From Chloroflexota bacterium (GTDB lineage: Bacteria; Chloroflexota; Dehalococcoidia; Lucifugimonadales; JADFKI01), in the NCBI GenBank assembly GCA_027623195.1, contig JAQBUT010000001.1, forward strand, positions 1 through 64,000: DNA of 64,000 nucleotides, in the 5' to 3' direction. Positions 28,491-37,995 of the stretch are shown in pieces (the stretch's first letter is position 1; each line of letters opens with the position of its first letter). The notes under the pieces were generated by a model. That model searched no databases, had not been told where the DNA came from, and was given only the letters and a program-made list of their open reading frames with translations. A program made the translations under genes and the position numbers.

Positions 28491-29285
28491 ATGACAAAGA
28501 AACTCAAGCTAATCGCAGTGACCCTATCGGTAGTGGTGGCTTTGCTGGCAATAGCGGCCACGACCTACATTACCCAGCTTAACCTCGTTATGGACTTCAC
28601 CAGGGGCGACAACAGCGAATCGGCTGGTATCAGGTTAATAGATTCTCTGACCGGTCTGGTCCGAGGGGAAGTGTTGGTGGGTCGGTGGGCTACAGGCGAT
28701 AACGTGACCATTACACGGCCCTGGGTTGACGGTAGTGACCCTCTGATACCAACAACGAAGCCCTACATGCTCGGCATCAGAAGTGACCTGGCTGCGGGTG
28801 TTCATGCCATTGCCATACAACCAAGCGCTGACGACGGCCCTCTGATTACCGGGTACAGGCGCACCAGCTACGCCAACGACATGGTGAACAGTGAGTATCG
28901 CAATACCTCTGTCCGAATTGGTGGACTGAACGGGAGTTTTGGAGGTATCCAGCAATTCGACTCCAGGGTACACGCCAGCACCGCTCAAAGGGTGGTTCTC
29001 ATGTCTGGGCTTGTGAATAACGTCACTGTTATCGATGCGATAGTTGGAGTGCGGAGACATCCCACCGGCGACGTAACTATGTTCAAGATTGAAGGTCTCG
29101 TGAGTTCTCAGGGTATCGTGGCTATGGAGGCCACCAAGGGGCTCCTGATAGGTTGTGACTGTGTTCTGCTTGCGTCGGACTTCGACCTGCTGGTGAACGG
29201 GGACAATGAAATAGAGTTGGTGATTACCAATAACTCAAAGTCGGATGTTTGGGTAACAGCGTTCATCACATTCTCGGCATCGTAG
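28491..29285 (+). CDS. Hypothetical exported/membrane-anchored protein
   Basis: GGAGG RBS; basic N-terminus plus one hydrophobic helix; no family recognised. Confidence 0.7.
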   Translation: MTKKLKLIAVTLSVVVALLAIAATTYITQLNLVMDFTRGDNSESAGIRLIDSLTGLVRGEVLVGRWATGDNVTITRPWVDGSDPLIPTTKPYMLGIRSDLAAGVHAIAIQPSADDGPLITGYRRTSYANDMVNSEYRNTSVRIGGLNGSFGGIQQFDSRVHASTAQRVVLMSGLVNNVTVIDAIVGVRRHPTGDVTMFKIEGLVSSQGIVAMEATKGLLIGCDCVLLASDFDLLVNGDNEIELVITNNSKSDVWVTAFITFSAS

Positions 29286-29295
29286 GAAGGTTAGC

Positions 29296-29337
29296 ATGGG
29301 GGCTTATGCCCCCGATTCTTCGTCCCTAGCCAACAAT
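29296..29337 (+). repeat. Imperfect direct repeat, right copy
   Basis: ATGGGGGCTTATGCCCCCGATTCTTCGTCCCTAGCCAACAAT. Confidence 0.75.
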
Positions 29338-29385
29338 AAACGGCGATGACATAGCGAGTTCCTCTGTGACCCTTAATCCAACGCA

Positions 29386-29937
29386 CTAACGGAGGGCAAA
29401 GTTGGAGGGGTTCCGGTAACGATTCAGGCCGTTCTCATCTTTAAGCTCGAACAGCCGGAGGATTAGGCCATTCAACTCCGAAGTAGCCCCCTCATTTCGG
29501 ACCTCCACCTTCATGTCGCCAACACCCGCCTTGAAAACAAGCATATTCTTTCCGGGGGAGGTCAGCCTGTCATATATGAGGTAAATGCCCATCAGGGCCA
29601 GCACTATACCGGCAGCCGCAGAACCCATCGGATGGTCTACAACCCGCCAAAGCATTAGTCCCACGAAGAAGGCCAGGCCAGCCCAAATGAATGCGCTGAT
29701 GCCCTCGTTCTCCGTCATCATCTCTGTGATAAGGATGTCTTGCACGGACGCCATAGAAGCCTTTCGGTTCTTGGGGCCTCCGTTGAGGTGCATTAAGCGG
29801 CGGTCCGTCAGCAACAGCACATCATGGTCCAGCGACTCGGGGGAGCCTTCCGTTAGGTCCAAAGACATTTCCACTCGCTCACCGTCCAGCAGAGACAGGT
29901 CGGCAAATCCAAATTGCGACAGTTGATCCTCTTCCAC
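29386..29937 (-). CDS. Hypothetical membrane protein with two TM helices
   Basis: GGAGG RBS; LLLTDRRL (PH-like strand) then two hydrophobic helices. Confidence 0.7.
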   Translation of the reverse strand: MEEDQLSQFGFADLSLLDGERVEMSLDLTEGSPESLDHDVLLLTDRRLMHLNGGPKNRKASMASVQDILITEMMTENEGISAFIWAGLAFFVGLMLWRVVDHPMGSAAAGIVLALMGIYLIYDRLTSPGKNMLVFKAGVGDMKVEVRNEGATSELNGLILRLFELKDENGLNRYRNPSNFALR

Positions 29938-30022
29938 TCAAGCCTCCAAAATATCTGCATGCTCAAACGTAACATATGATATCAGAGGCCCTGCAAACAA
30001 GCGGTTTGAAGCCCCCAACAGG

Positions 30023-31252
30023 CTATGCCCTGCGGTCCAGGTAAATGACTCCGCCTTTCATCACGAACTCCACGGCCTTACCCCGTTCCAGAATAGTTAC
30101 GTCTTGCAAGGGGTCCCCGGCAACCAGGATCAGGTCTGCCTGTTTACCTACACTGACAGTCCCGACCTCTGAGGCTAGGCCAATAGCCTCCGCAGCTTTT
30201 CCTGTGGCAGCCTGTATGGCCTGCATGGGCGTGAGTCCAGCCTCGGCCAGACAGCTAATCTCATGCGCGTTATTCATATGCTCCCAGCCGCCTTCGTCGG
30301 TGCCTGCCACGACTCGGACACCGGCATCCATGGCCATCTGCACGCTGCGAACGTGGTGCTCGCGCATGGCGGCGGCCCTGGCCCGACCGTGAGGCGTACC
30401 CCTGGTGCCGTGGAAGGTATACACCCCAAAGGTCGGGGCCAGAGATATATTCTTCTCTACCATCATACGCAGCAGATCGGGATCCTCGTCCAGGTAGCTG
30501 CCATGCTCAATGGAGTCCACGCCTACCTCTATGGCTAAACGAAGACCTGGCCCTCCCAGGGCATGGCACATTACCAGCCGTCCCCTCTTGTGGGCCTCGT
30601 CGACTAACGCCTCCAGCTCGTCCCGCTCGAAAAGCAGGTCCTTGGGACCCAGACCAGCTGTTGAACTGGCGCCTCCGGTGGTCGCGCATTTAACGACGTC
30701 GGCTCCAGCCCGCACCATTTCCCTGACCTTGGCCCGGAACCCCTCGGGACCATCGGCTACACCCCAGGGAAGGCCTGTGTCGGGACCTCCTGGAGCAGGG
30801 TAGCCCAGCGGACTCAAGCGGTCTGCCATTCCTCCGGTCGGTGTTATGAAGCCCAGTCCACATAGCAGCCTCGGACCCGGCACCAGGCCTTCGTCTACCG
30901 CCATACGGAATCCGGCGTCCAGACCTCCGGCATCGCGCACCGTGGTGTAACCCGTCTCCAAGGTCTGTCGCAGCACGGAAGCGATTCGCAGGTGACGCTG
31001 ACTGCGCATCTCCGTGATGCCCCAACGACTGGCGATCTCGTAGCTCATCGACGCCAGATGGTCGTGGCAGTCGATAAGCCCTGGCATTAGCGTCATACCC
31101 GAGCCGTCTATCACGTCGGCGTCAAGAGGAACCGGTACCGAGCCAACCGGACCGACACCCTCAATCCTGTCTTCGTTTACCACCACTACGGCGTTTTCAA
31201 TTACAGGGCCGCCGGTGCCGTCTATCAATGTCGCGCCGGTTATCGCTTTCAT
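30023..31252 (-). CDS. Metal-dependent amidohydrolase (prolidase-like subgroup)
   Basis: PGLIDCHDH, TTVRDAG, CHA, SIEHG and AGTD motifs. Confidence 0.9.
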   Translation of the reverse strand: MKAITGATLIDGTGGPVIENAVVVVNEDRIEGVGPVGSVPVPLDADVIDGSGMTLMPGLIDCHDHLASMSYEIASRWGITEMRSQRHLRIASVLRQTLETGYTTVRDAGGLDAGFRMAVDEGLVPGPRLLCGLGFITPTGGMADRLSPLGYPAPGGPDTGLPWGVADGPEGFRAKVREMVRAGADVVKCATTGGASSTAGLGPKDLLFERDELEALVDEAHKRGRLVMCHALGGPGLRLAIEVGVDSIEHGSYLDEDPDLLRMMVEKNISLAPTFGVYTFHGTRGTPHGRARAAAMREHHVRSVQMAMDAGVRVVAGTDEGGWEHMNNAHEISCLAEAGLTPMQAIQAATGKAAEAIGLASEVGTVSVGKQADLILVAGDPLQDVTILERGKAVEFVMKGGVIYLDRRA

Positions 31253-31438
31253 GCAACACCTCAATGGATTTCAGTAGCATTTTGGGCGATGATACCATGC
31301 TGCCCCGAAGAGGCCAATCGCAGATAGACTGGGCAATCAGCGTGTGATATTCTCCATGTTGCCATGGCCTTCGGGTCATGAATTCAAGGGCCTTCAATTT
31401 CAAGGCCATAAACTCTGCTTCCGATTTAGGAGATATGC

Positions 31439-32548
31439 ATGGAGCGCCCCATAATAAAGCCCGTAGGAACACCCGTGGAAGAACTGGACACCCCCGCACT
31501 GGTGTTAGACCTGGAGCAGTTGCGACAGAACATCGATAAGGTTCACTCTTTCTTTAAAGGGCAGACGGCGAAAATTCGCCCCCACGTCGAGTCGCACCGC
31601 TGTCCTACCATAGCCCACCAGCAGCTAGCCGCAGGCGGCACCGTTGGCGGCATCAGTGTAACAACGGTGGGTGAGGCAGAGGTGTTCGCCCAGGCAGGCA
31701 TCTCAGACATTGCCATTGCCAACGAAATCGTCACCTCTCAGAAGATCGCCAGGCTTTGTGCCTTGGCCCACCAGACTAAAATCACGGTGGCGGCAGATAA
31801 CGCGGAGAACGTTATGACGCTTTCCGAGGCTGCCCAGGCGGCAGGCGTTACGCTTAACGTTGTGGTCGATATCCACACCCGCCTGGAACGCTGCGGTGTA
31901 GAGCCCGGACAGGCTGCCGTTGACCTGGCCAAGATCATAGCTCAGTCCCAGGGTTTGCATTTCGCAGGCCTCATGGCGTACGAAGGGACCATCATAGCTG
32001 ACACACTTGACGAGCTAACGGCTCAGTCCAAGAAATGGATTCAGCCTGTGTTGGATACCCGTGAGATGGTGGAGGCGGCCGGTCTGGCGGTGGAGGTAGT
32101 GAGCGTTGGCGGCACGCACAACTACGAGATCGCGGCGACGATGTCTGGCGTTACAGAGGTGCCAGCAGGCAGCTACGCCCTGATGGATTACAGGTACAGC
32201 GCTACACGGCCCGGACTTCGCCCTGCAGCCAAGGTGATGGCCACGGTGACGAGTCTGCCAGAGCCGGGCAGGGCAATCCTGGACACGGGAAAGAAGGCCA
32301 CTGGAGACGACCTGGGCTTCCCTGCATTGGAGGATTTTCCGAATGTGCAGGTTGCCAGCCTAAGCGCCGAGCACGGCAACATCACATGGGATGAAGGCAA
32401 CAACCCAAATTTATCCATTGGTCAGAAGGTTTGGTATACGCCTTTGGAGATCGGCGCTACTGTTAACGTCTACGACTACATACAGGCTGTGCGCAACGGC
32501 AAACTGGAGTCGGTGTTGGGCATCTCGGCCCGCGGTCGCTATCGCTAG
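31439..32548 (+). CDS. DSD1/D-threonine aldolase-family fold-III PLP protein lacking the Schiff-base Lys
   Basis: LDTPALVLD, RPHVESHRC (K replaced by E), RCGV, GGT and SAEHG motifs. Confidence 0.85.
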   Translation: MERPIIKPVGTPVEELDTPALVLDLEQLRQNIDKVHSFFKGQTAKIRPHVESHRCPTIAHQQLAAGGTVGGISVTTVGEAEVFAQAGISDIAIANEIVTSQKIARLCALAHQTKITVAADNAENVMTLSEAAQAAGVTLNVVVDIHTRLERCGVEPGQAAVDLAKIIAQSQGLHFAGLMAYEGTIIADTLDELTAQSKKWIQPVLDTREMVEAAGLAVEVVSVGGTHNYEIAATMSGVTEVPAGSYALMDYRYSATRPGLRPAAKVMATVTSLPEPGRAILDTGKKATGDDLGFPALEDFPNVQVASLSAEHGNITWDEGNNPNLSIGQKVWYTPLEIGATVNVYDYIQAVRNGKLESVLGISARGRYR

Positions 32549-32625
32549 GCCCAACGAACTCATTCGATAAGCCATCAACCAAGAATCGACTTAAACTATG
32601 CCAATCCGCACGAAGGACAAAAAAT

Positions 32626-33726
32626 ATGGATAACTATAGGCCCCTGATGGGAACCGGTATCGCAGATCTGGATACGCCGTGTTTGATGGTGGACCTGGAC
32701 TCGCTAGAGCACAACTATGACCTAATAGCTAGGACTTACAGCGACACCGAGTGCAAGATGCGGACCCACACGAAGAACTTGAAAAGCCCATTGCTGGCCC
32801 ACATGCAGATCCGGGCAGGCGGTACTGTCGGCGGCGTATGCACCGCTAAGGTCTCCGAGGCTGAGGTCATGGTGGAGGGCGGCATTGACGACATTCTCAT
32901 TCCCAACCAGGTCGTGACCAGGGACAAGATTGTCCGGCTGTGCACTTTGGCCAAACGAGCCAAGATGATGGTGGCCGCCGACAACGCCGACAACATCCGG
33001 GAGATATCAGAGATAGCCCAGGAGCACGGTGTGAAGATAGGTATCGTCGTCGAGGTGGACACGCAGATGCACCGCGCCGGCATACGCAACACTCAGACCG
33101 GCGTAGACCTGGCTCGCGTGGCCACGGATGCCCCCGGCATCGACTTTCGCGGGGTGATGTGCCACCAGGCGGCCCAAGGCTCCCCGGACCGGGAGACGCG
33201 ATTCATCGAAGGACGTCGGCTTATTCAAACGGCGCTGGACGTTAGGGACGCCATAGTTGCCGACGGCATGCCTGTGGAGGTCGTTTCTGCGGGCGAGACA
33301 TGGACCTACGACCTGTGTGCAACCATGCCAGGAGTCACCGAGGTCGAGGGCGGGACGTATGCGCTGATGTCGCACGGCTACGGCTACATGGAGGACTTCG
33401 AGTACGCAGCCACGATACTCGGCACGGTCATTAGCACCCCAAGGCCCGGCGTCGCCATCGGGGACACAGGGTCGCGATGCCTGGGCTCACCCGGCGGCGT
33501 GCTACCCCAGTTGGTTGGCATTTCCAACGTAGGCGTGGACTCGCTGCAGGAGGAGCATATCGTCCTGCGCTCTGAGGGAGACATGCCGCTCAAGGTCGGC
33601 GACAAGTACCAGTTGATCTCAGGTCAGCAGGACATTATGGTCAACCGCTGGGACCAGTACATCGCCATGCGCAATAGCTCGGTGGAGGCCGTGTGGGATA
33701 TACCTGGTAGAGGTTGCCACAACTAA
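32626..33726 (+). CDS. DSD1/D-threonine aldolase-family PLP enzyme
   Basis: LDTPCLMVD, RTHTK (Lys retained), AKVSEAE and EEH motifs. Confidence 0.85.
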   Translation: MDNYRPLMGTGIADLDTPCLMVDLDSLEHNYDLIARTYSDTECKMRTHTKNLKSPLLAHMQIRAGGTVGGVCTAKVSEAEVMVEGGIDDILIPNQVVTRDKIVRLCTLAKRAKMMVAADNADNIREISEIAQEHGVKIGIVVEVDTQMHRAGIRNTQTGVDLARVATDAPGIDFRGVMCHQAAQGSPDRETRFIEGRRLIQTALDVRDAIVADGMPVEVVSAGETWTYDLCATMPGVTEVEGGTYALMSHGYGYMEDFEYAATILGTVISTPRPGVAIGDTGSRCLGSPGGVLPQLVGISNVGVDSLQEEHIVLRSEGDMPLKVGDKYQLISGQQDIMVNRWDQYIAMRNSSVEAVWDIPGRGCHN

Positions 33727-33767
33727 TTCGGATTGCGGTTAATCTCATAACTCGATATGCAGAAATT

Positions 33768-33808
33768 AAAAGAAAAGGGCAGGCCAATTGGTCTGCCCTT
33801 TTCTTTTT
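33768..33808. terminator. Bidirectional terminator
   Basis: AAAAGAAAAGGGCAGGCC..GGTCTGCCCTTTTCTTTT. Confidence 0.8.
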
Positions 33809-33823
33809 GGATAATGTTGAAGC

Positions 33824-34573
33824 CTAATGAAAGTACTTGCCCGAGTCGATGACCAACACCTGTCCGGTGATGCTATCAGTACGGCAGAACTCCACCACCT
33901 GACGGGCGATATCGTCCTTGTCCGCGCCTCTCTTGAGTAGCGATGCCACCCTGGAAACGGCCTGGTATTCCGGGTCCAGGTTCGAGGTGGCCCTGGTGCC
34001 GTCCAGATAACCTGGGGCAATGCAGTTGACAAGAACCTCTGGCGCAAGGGCGACGGCCATGCACTTCGTCAGATGGTTGAGGCCTGCCTTGGACACGGCA
34101 TAGGGTATGGAAGAGCCTGTAGGGCTCAGGCCTGCGATGGACGATATGTTGACGATTCGCCCAGACCCCTGTTGCTTCATGGCAGGAGCTACGGCTTTAG
34201 AGGCAAGCATCGGCCCCGTAAGGTTGATCGTGAGAATCTTGTTCCACTCCTCCAGTGTCATCGCGTCCAGGTCGTCAAAGGGGATCCACTTGTTGTAGGC
34301 CGCGTCGTTTATCAGGATGTCGATGCGCCCAAATCGCTCCAGGACCTGCGGTACCAGTGCCCCTACCGACGCAGGGTCGGAAACGTCGCAATGCATGGCC
34401 TCGGATTCGACTCCAGCCTCTTGCAGCTTGTTCGCGACCTCTTCGGCCTGGTCTTTGCTCTGGGCGTAGACCACGGCAACATTGCTACCCGCCTCCGCCA
34501 GCGCGTGACAAATTCTCTGACCTAAGCCTCCGTTACCGCCTGTAACGATTGAGACTGTTCCTTTTAATTCCAT
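33824..34573 (-). CDS. SDR-family oxidoreductase
   Basis: TGGNGGLG and YAVSK motifs; start at ATG 34573. Confidence 0.92.
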   Translation of the reverse strand: MELKGTVSIVTGGNGGLGQRICHALAEAGSNVAVVYAQSKDQAEEVANKLQEAGVESEAMHCDVSDPASVGALVPQVLERFGRIDILINDAAYNKWIPFDDLDAMTLEEWNKILTINLTGPMLASKAVAPAMKQQGSGRIVNISSIAGLSPTGSSIPYAVSKAGLNHLTKCMAVALAPEVLVNCIAPGYLDGTRATSNLDPEYQAVSRVASLLKRGADKDDIARQVVEFCRTDSITGQVLVIDSGKYFH

Positions 34574-34706
34574 CAGTGCCCCCTTTACGTTTTTGAGACA
34601 TACACAATGATAAACGATGCGACCGCGAAACAATGGTTCGCTCTGAGATAGTATATTGATGAAGATCCAAATCAAGCCCAAGCATGCGCAAGGGAATATA
34701 TGAAGT

Positions 34707-35321
34707 ATGACCTTCAGCAAATGGCTGTTTGCCACCTGGTACGACCTCCTGAACGCCGGCGTGGAAGGCCGCGTCATCCCATACCGCAAGGAGACTGCGG
34801 GTAAGACATGGGGTGACGTTCTGGAGATCGGCGGAGGCACAGGCGCCAACATACCTTACTATCCTGACGACACCCAGCTGACTTTCATCGAGCCTGACGG
34901 ATACATGGTGAAGAAGCTGACGCGCACGGCATCGAAAATTGGCCGAGAGGTGCGGATAGTGCAAGAAGCAGGCGAGAAATTGCCCTTCGACGACGGCAGC
35001 TTCGACTGCGTTGTGACGACGCTGGTACTGTGCATGGTCCGCGACCACGATAGCGTCGTGCGAGAGGCCAGGCGTGTGCTTAAACCGGGCGGGGCATTCT
35101 TCTTCTACGAGCACGTCGTTTCTCCGCGACGTACGGGGCACTGGTGGCAGAACAAGCTTAACCCCACTTGGAAATTCCTGACCACCGGCTGCAACCTCAA
35201 CCGCGACCTGACGGCGACCATTCACAATGCTGGATTCAGCCAGGTGGAGATGCAAAGCTTCGATCTCTCGGTGGGGCTCCCGATTACCATACCCAACATC
35301 GTGGGCGTCGCCAGGGTATAA
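34707..35321 (+). CDS. Class I SAM-dependent methyltransferase
   Basis: VLEIGGGTG, LPFDDGSFD and RVLKPGG..FYEH motifs. Confidence 0.9.
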   Translation: MTFSKWLFATWYDLLNAGVEGRVIPYRKETAGKTWGDVLEIGGGTGANIPYYPDDTQLTFIEPDGYMVKKLTRTASKIGREVRIVQEAGEKLPFDDGSFDCVVTTLVLCMVRDHDSVVREARRVLKPGGAFFFYEHVVSPRRTGHWWQNKLNPTWKFLTTGCNLNRDLTATIHNAGFSQVEMQSFDLSVGLPITIPNIVGVARV

Positions 35322-35370
35322 TCAGGCCGCTTGCTCCACGGCGGGCGAACCTACGGAATAGGAGCCACCA

Positions 35371-35793
35371 ATGGACTTCGAAGACGTCCGGCCATTTATG
35401 GAATCGCACCACCGGGGTGTCATCGGTACACGCCGGGCCAACGGGGCCACCCATTCGAGCATAGTGGCGTGCGGCGCGTTTCAGGGCAAAGCTGCATTTG
35501 TATCGGTCTACCCCAGATCGGTGAAGATCAGGAATATCCGACGCGACCCTACGTGCACCATCCTTTGCGTCGACGACAACTGGCGCAGCTACGCAGTGGT
35601 GGAGGGGCAGGCCCAGCTATTCGACTACAGCAACACCGATGCTGCGGAGATACGCCAGATGCTGCGAGACGTGTATAGGGCATGCAGCGCTACGGAACAT
35701 CCAAACTGGAACGAGTTCGACCAGGCCATGATCGACCAAAAAGCGGTGGTGGTCCTGGTGCCACCGGAGCAGGTGTACGGCATGCTAAGGTGA
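35371..35793 (+). CDS. PPOX/pyridoxamine-oxidase-like protein (possibly F420-dependent)
   Basis: T.R.NG..H, K.RNIRRDP and YAVVEG motifs. Confidence 0.85.
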   Translation: MDFEDVRPFMESHHRGVIGTRRANGATHSSIVACGAFQGKAAFVSVYPRSVKIRNIRRDPTCTILCVDDNWRSYAVVEGQAQLFDYSNTDAAEIRQMLRDVYRACSATEHPNWNEFDQAMIDQKAVVVLVPPEQVYGMLR

Positions 35794-35856
35794 CATTTTG
35801 ATTGGTCATGACACCAGTCTAGGATGCGAAATGACAACGCCCGTTACGGAGAGAAG

Positions 35857-36210
35857 ATGGCCGACCTTATAAGCTTTGACATAGACGGTACGCTGGAGTT
35901 CGGGGACCCGCGCGGCAGCATAACCATGGATATGGTCCGCAAGGTGCAGGCCTTGGGCATCTGGGTCGGCAGTTGCTCGGACAGGCCCGTCGGTTACCAG
36001 CAGCAGTTGTGGGACAGGCACGAAATGAACGTGGACTTCACTGTGGTGAAGAACAGGTTGGATGACGTGAAGGCAGAATTCCAGGCCGACAGTTTCCTTC
36101 ACATCGGAGACACGGACATGGACGAGTACTTCGCAGGGAAGTCAGGATTCCAGTTCCTGCTCGTAGACTCCTTACCGTTCCTAAGCTGGACGGAGCAGTT
36201 GTCGCTTTAG
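35857..36210 (+). CDS. Small HAD-superfamily hydrolase
   Basis: FDIDGTL and HIGDTDMD motifs. Confidence 0.8.
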   Translation: MADLISFDIDGTLEFGDPRGSITMDMVRKVQALGIWVGSCSDRPVGYQQQLWDRHEMNVDFTVVKNRLDDVKAEFQADSFLHIGDTDMDEYFAGKSGFQFLLVDSLPFLSWTEQLSL

Positions 36211-36214
36211 GCCA

Positions 36215-36631
36215 TTACGCCGGCCTGAACTTCACCAGCGTTACGTCAGCCGTAACGTCATCAAAGACCGCAGTCACTGGCATATCCACATGCACGTCCG
36301 CGATGGGGCAGTCCACCACGTTGGAGATCATACGGGGCCCTTCATCCAGTTGGATGATTGCGTAAATATACGGCACATCCTTCATAAACGCGCGGTTCAC
36401 CGACTGCTCAATGACCGTGAACGAATACACCCGGCCTACGCCTCCGGATTCCGACCACGACAGGTCCGCAGAAAGACATTTAGGGCACCTCTCTCTGGGA
36501 TAAAAGAATGTCGTCGAACAGCCATTGCACCGGGGCAACACCAATTTATGGCGCTTCGCAGCATCCCAGAAGGGTTGCGTAAATTCGGCATTGGCAGCCA
36601 CAGGTAACGGCTTCGTGTATTCGGAAGTCAT
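36215..36631 (-). CDS. Zn-ribbon/OB-fold (DUF35) thiolase partner protein
   Basis: PFW.AA, CNGC..FYPR..CPKC, G.VYSFTV and LDEGPRM motifs. Confidence 0.92.
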   Translation of the reverse strand: MTSEYTKPLPVAANAEFTQPFWDAAKRHKLVLPRCNGCSTTFFYPRERCPKCLSADLSWSESGGVGRVYSFTVIEQSVNRAFMKDVPYIYAIIQLDEGPRMISNVVDCPIADVHVDMPVTAVFDDVTADVTLVKFRPA

Positions 36632-36667
36632 TGCTTTGACCTTTAAGTTCTGAACGTCTTGCCTTGG

Positions 36668-37822
36668 TTAGAGTGAGTTCTCGGACCCGAGAACCAGCGA
36701 GCACATCTCGCTCGCCGTGCCGCCTCAACCATTCACCATGCATAAGTCGTTTTTAGGCACCTGCCGTCCGCCGGCCTTGCCCATGATCTGTCGAGCGCCT
36801 TCCACGACGTGACGGAACCCGCCTGCCAGTCCGGGCTGACCGCCGGAAAGCTGGCCGCCGTCAGTATTAACCGGAAAGGTCCCCTTGTATGTTGTATCGG
36901 TCGATTCGAAAAACGGACCAATCTCGCCCTTCTTAACGAACCCTGCATCTTCGAGGCACACGGCCACGAGAATGGTGTATCAGTCGTAGAATTCGGCAAA
37001 CTCTATGTCTGGGGGCGTGTAGCCTGACATCTCGAAGGCCCGGGCCGCTGATCCCGAAACCGGCGTGACGGTTATGTCGTCGCGCTGCCATATATTAGCC
37101 TCCGCCTGCTCCATTCCAACGCCCAAAACGTAAGCGGGCTTGTTTGGCAAAGACTTTGCCCTCTCAGGTGTCGTAATGATAAGCGCGGCCGCTCCGTCGC
37201 ATGGCATGACCGACTCCAAAAGCTTTAAAGGTCGATTGATGTACCGAGAGTCCAGCACGTCATCCACTGTAATGGTCTGCCCAAAGAAAACAGCATTTTC
37301 GTTAGTCAGGGCATTAAAGCGCTGGTTCACAGCCAGTTTGGCCATCTGCTCCTCGGTGGTGCCGTACTCGTGCATGTGCCGCTGGTACATCAGGCCATAG
37401 CCTGTGTTTGCCCCCGGCGCCATGCCGTACGGCTCCTCCCATTCCGAGCGCACGCCCGGCGCAGGAGTGCCCATACTGGCCCTGTATTCTCGAGAGTTGC
37501 CCATCACCACCAGAACGGTGTCGCACAGGCCGCCATTAATGGCCAGCGTAGCCGCTACGGTAGCAGTTGCCCCGCTGGCCCCTTGCATGGAAACGCCAGT
37601 TGCGAATCTCGGCTTGATGTCCAGGTATTCGGCCATAGCAGCCGGAGTCCCGTAGCCACCGTCGGTCACCAAGCCATTGATGTCGGCCTTGGTCAGCCCG
37701 GCATCCTCGATAGCCAGTTGGGCCGCCTCAGCACAAAGGCCGTACATAGTTCTGTCGGGCCGCACCCGTTTGGTTGGCACTTCGCCAATGCCGACTATTG
37801 CAGCTTTACCGCGCACTGTCAT
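36668..37822 (-). CDS. SCP-x-like thiolase-family protein, 384 aa, with two in-frame UGA codons (probable Sec281 and Sec366)
   Basis: One frame from ATG 37822 to TAA 36668 through TGA at 36980-82 (EFYD-U-YTIL) and 36725-27 (VNG-U-GG); NTDGGQLS motif; SECIS-like hairpins. Confidence 0.85.
36696..36712 (-). promoter_or_regulatory. SECIS-like hairpin after the second UGA
   Basis: AGCGAG[AUGUG]CUCGCU; loop 18 nt from the UGA. Confidence 0.55.
36947..36973 (-). promoter_or_regulatory. SECIS-like hairpin after the first UGA
   Basis: AUUCUCGUGGC[CGUGU]GCCUCGAAGAU; loop 17 nt from the UGA with G at loop position 2 followed by U. Confidence 0.65.
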
Positions 37823-37995
37823 AGTTTTGCTCTCTTATTGGATTTCAGGGGTAATTTCATGGGCGTCTTTGACATATGGCGCATTTTACTAAAATGGACG
37901 CTGATTTCAAGCCAGGGGCAACCAGGGGCCAAGGATTTCCGGGCTATGTTATCCTGTAGGCCATTCAAAAGGCCTACAAACAGGAGATTGTCACC

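Noticed and set aside
36668..37822. Genome-wide UGA reassignment (genetic code 4 or 25) as the explanation for the in-frame TGAs
   Set aside because: TGA ends complete genes normally elsewhere (MaoC 20652, PPOX 35793, ATGA overlap at 46224), and no other gene here needs readthrough
36668..37822. Thiolase pseudogene with two nonsense mutations
   Set aside because: Both stops are UGA, one is on a conserved Cys position, both have hairpins at similar spacing, and there are no frameshifts; not formally excluded
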